Positions 59,801 to 64,000 of a DNA stretch of 64,000 nucleotides are shown one piece after another. The notes under the pieces were generated by a model, which was given only the letters and a program-made list of their open reading frames with translations, did no database searches and was not told the origin of the DNA. The stretch covers positions 8,866,001 through 8,930,000 of the forward strand of contig CM102285.1 of the NCBI GenBank assembly GCA_046563655.1, written 5' to 3'. This DNA comes from Yuukianura sp. NJ FZ-2021. Its lineage: Eukaryota. Position 1 is the stretch's first letter. Every line of letters starts with the position of its first letter. A program made the translations under genes and the position numbers.

Positions 59801-62800
59801 ATGAAAACAAACCAAAAGTTTCCAGAGTTTCATGAAAAGTTAGTGCCTTTACCCCTACTTACATAATTTTGAGAAATGCCGCAGGCGTTACCTTGGTCTT
59901 TTTGAAAAGTGAGGAAATGTGATTTCGACAAAAGGAAAGAAACTTTACAAGAAAAAGTTTGAAGGCGGAAGCAGAAAGTGTGTCAGTTGTTAGGAATAAG
60001 AGAAAACAGCAGAAGCAGAAGATGGAGCAGAAGACAATGAGATGGAATCTCCACGAGAGAGAGCCTAATTTGGAATTAATGAACGAACTTATACTTTCCT
60101 ACAACTTAAACTCCAACTGGAAAGAGCGCTAAAAAACTTCATTTTCAAAATGAAGTCCAGAAGAAGAAAGTGGAGACATTTTGAAAACGATGCTCCATAT
60201 ACTCAACACTGAACACTTTTAAATTCTGGTGGGAAGGAGAGGATAAGAAAGGAATATGGGAGCTTATCTCAGTCGAAACAGCGAGCAGCGGGAGCGGAAA
60301 ACAAGGAAAATCTACAGAAAATTCTTTAATCTTTCTTCTACTCTCTTTGCGTTCTAGTTTTGAAAGTCCTTGTTTCAAATTACTTTCACTCCGACACAAA
60401 ATTAGGGTCCAAATTTCTTTTTCAAGAGGAAAAAACTTAAGAGTAGAAAGGGAGAGTCAGACGGGAGTGACAGCACAAAAACTCAGCTTTCTAATGAAAA
60501 ATGTCCAATAATTGAAAAACATTCCTTTTAATTCTAACTTTCAAACCGAGATTTTTAATTTTAAAATGAAACAGTCCAATAAAAAAAGATTTCACTATAC
60601 TTTCTGCGCTTTACAATATGAAATATGCGTAACGACTTATGTAAACCGTACGACTTTTGCATGTAACTTATTGTCGTGTACGAAATACACAATTCTGGCT
60701 TTAGTAAATACAACTTCTTGGGTACTTTTAGCTCTGGGAGTGGCGTACGACTAAAAATTTTGAAGTTGTAGTAGGAAGAACTTTAGCGTTTCAAAAGCGC
60801 AGCACGTGAACTTTTTTTTTTTGAAAAGTTTAACGCATGTTCACCTCTTTGAAAAATCTAAACACAAATAAAAAGTATAAACGTAAGACAAGCCTAAACA
60901 GCCAAGTTATTTTCTCAAAAGTTTGCTTTTCGTCGACACTGCTGTTGTTGGCACATAATGTATGGAACGCAAGACAGAAAACCTTAAATCCTAAGCCCCG
61001 TCGTCACCAGCACTTTTCTCCATCAAATCCCGTCGAATAAAACCCGGGTTTTCTGAAGTTTGACAAGTTTATTATCAGAGGCCCCCTTCGAAGGGCCCCA
61101 TTCCCTTAAGTTTTCATATGACATGTTCGTGTGGCGCAGTTGAAAAGATAAGTTTGTCTTCTTTTCATAAGGAGGAAACGCGGAAAAGTTTGAGAGAAAG
61201 CAAACACGTTAGGGAAATCGGAAGAAAGTGAAAGTTCAATCTTCTTCCTCTGTCCCTCTGAATCATAATCATCATCACGAAAAGCACTTAATTTTACATG
61301 ATTCCAAAAAGTTTCTGTTGAAACAGGGGGAACATTTCAGGAGAAAAGATTTCTTGAGTTGTTGAGAGTTTAACACCATGCAGGAATTTTTGCATCTGGA
61401 TTACACCGTCAAAGAACAACTGGAATTCTTCAAATTTTCAAAATTTTACAACATTACAAAGTTTTACAATTTCAGAATAATTTCGAATTACACTTTATAC
61501 GAATGAACCCTTCGCATACTGTAATGTTCAAACCTTGTTGGCTCCAACTGCTCAGGTTCTCACATTTTAGTTAAAGAGAAAGTTTATAGTTTGTCTTTTT
61601 TTAGAAGGCACTTTTTATTTTCGTTGTTTTTTCATAAGCATTTTTAGCTTAGAATTATATTTCATGTAAACATTTTATAGCCGTAAACCGTGACTTTGAA
61701 ATTTGACTGCTGCTTGCCATGCAATTAGTAATTGTAATATTTTGAGCTCAATTTTGAGCAAGCGTGAATTATGCAATCAAAAATTATGTGGCTTTACGGT
61801 TGTGGTTTTAGTATTTAGCATATCTTAGATAACTAATATTTAATAATTAGGTAATAGTTATGTAAGCGTCACTCATGTAATCTAAGTAGGGCTAGTGTTT
61901 TATGTTAGTATATAGTGTTACTGAACTTATGCAATACTGTGCGTAGAAGTATTCTTATGAAAAAGTACGCTTTTCAACAAAAGAAAGTTGAGCGCTACAT
62001 TCGTCTTCGTCAGCAGGAGGTAACTTTGGAGTTGAATATACTATGAGAAAGTTCCGAAATGGATAAAGATTTCGGCTTACTCTGATTTTGAAAATTATGC
62101 TTTCAAAAAAGGACGAAGAAAATAGCAAGAGAAAGTGAAAATTTGGTAGCGGCATTTGGAAAGTTGGTAGAAAGTGAAGGAAGCTTAACAAGAAAATCCT
62201 GTTTTCATTAAACAGAACTTTCGTTTTTAGCATTCCCAGTAAATTTGTTAGCACTTTATGAGAAAACCACCAACTTCACGCTTTCAAGTGAGACGAGACC
62301 TTAAAACACTTAAGTCCTCGTCAAGCTTGTTTGGATTAGCACGAAATTCGAAACACAAAATTTTACACTAATGACTACAATCTCTAAAAAACAAAATTGA
62401 ATCAAAATTTAGATTTTACCTCCACTTCCACTTCCTTTCTCATGCTTAACATTGATTGAAAATCAAATGTCCATGAATTTTTCAGAAAACTAATCTTTCC
62501 ATTCAAAATTTAGATCACCAGAGAAATATTATTTCGGAAGGTTTCAAAGTTCCTCTCATGACGTGAAAGCCAGTTAGTTAGGTTGAGTTAATTTAATTGC
62601 AGCTAAGTGTGACATGCATTAAGTTAACTAACTGCATGATTGAATTAATCGTCTTACTTGATTTCGAAGAAAGTTTAACAAGGAAGCACGGAATTACGTA
62701 GCGACGTTTTGCTCCAAGTGTTTTCTAAATTGTCTTTCCTCAAAATTCTACAAAATTACACGCTTCTTCCGTTTTCTTTTCTTTCCTTTACAACTTTCAC

Positions 62801-64000
62801 CAAGTCACAAAACTTCAATTTTTGGTGGAATTTTTTTGCAATCCTTTCTTTTTTACGAGACAGGTTACTTGACCAGGTCAACCTTACGTCCAAACGGATT
62901 CAACACGCAATGAGCCATTCACTCTACTTAGAGTATAAAAGGGTTAATTATTGGCAATTTCCAGCAGAAACTTTCCTTCTACTTTCTTCTCTAACTTTCT
63001 TTACTTCTTTTCCTCCGTCGAAGTCTGTACTAAGCTAAAACAATTTTCCAATGAGCGAAAGTTACTCAAAGAAGAAGCAAAAAAGTTAAAGAAAGTTGGC
63101 CAAAGAAGTCTGGTCAGAGGTGACTACACTTAGGACTCATGGATACACTGCAAGAGTTCAAACTACTGTTTTTGTAGGTTAGGCAAGGTTAGGTATTAGG
63201 TTAGATCGAATTAACTTAGGAGAAGTTAGAGATGAACCAACTTTGACCGGAGCTGCACTTGACGAGACTCTTCTTGGGCAGCGCCTGAGTTGAGACTGAA
63301 AGCTTTTCTCCTCCGCAGCTCAAATTCAAGACAGAAATGAAAGAGAGAGGCGGCGGCTGGAGAGGGAAAGTCCAAGAGGAAGCAAAGGAATATCGCCTTC
63401 TTTAATATTTTTAAGCCCAGGATTCTTCATCATTTCTTTTTCAGTTTTCAAACACAATTTTTTTACGAACAATACTTCCGTATTACCAAAAACCTCCGCT
63501 TCCATCTTGTCTATCAAAATACTGAACATTTTCTTCTAAGGCATTATAAAAAATTATAAAATATAATTTGTTTTTATAAAGAAACGAAACTTCAAGTTAT
63601 TAGGCGCGAGGTATTAAATAAGTGCAATTATGAGTTTGTTCTTTATCTTCATGTAGTTTAACCTCCTTGGTCCTTATTTAGTAAGTCAAATTACTTAATT
63701 TAGAAACATTACTTAATGCAATAAATATTATGGTTACGTAAGTGCAGCGAATCTGTATACAGCCTATGCAGTAATTTACGAAAGTGTAATTATATGTTAT
63801 TATACGCTTATTTAGATACAGCTCTAGTTACTATAAACTTTTGCAAATACAACGTACTATGTAATTATGTTCATGTAAACGTACCTTTATGTAATTCTAG
63901 GCTTGTGTATTAACGTGTTACACTTAATTTTGAGGCGGCCAAGACAAAAAAGAAAGCAATTCCTGTGGTTCATTTCCTCTGTCCAAAACCAAAAGGCGAA

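Overview
Eukaryotic, intron-rich, AT-rich genomic DNA. It is arthropod-like: many short GT-AG introns, insect-type neuroligin motifs and scattered TTAGG tracts; the species cannot be fixed from sequence. Gene order by manual splicing: a tandem ornithine-decarboxylase (ODC) array on the minus strand (a divergent paralog at 2266-4845, a canonical ODC at 6313-8691, and a third copy of the shared upstream leader exon at about 410-850), HERPUD (-), a p107/p130/Rbf-type retinoblastoma gene (+), BLOC1S4 (-), FANCM (+), an unrecognised 175-aa signal-peptide/membrane gene (-), TMCO4 (-), and a large neuroligin gene (-). Its presumed upstream/intronic region fills the rest of the window. Three MITEs are visible (Tc2/pogo-like, a hAT nested inside it, PIF/Harbinger). 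The most interesting signal is the ODC array. The left paralog keeps all PLP/catalytic residues but has substitutions concentrated in the substrate pocket (ILYDHAVV to VFTEHTDL, including D332E). It has also lost its 47-aa acidic tail and part of a uORF-laden leader, which suggests a neofunctionalised decarboxylase released from polyamine feedback. All alignments and counts were done by eye, so exon boundaries may be off by a few bases.
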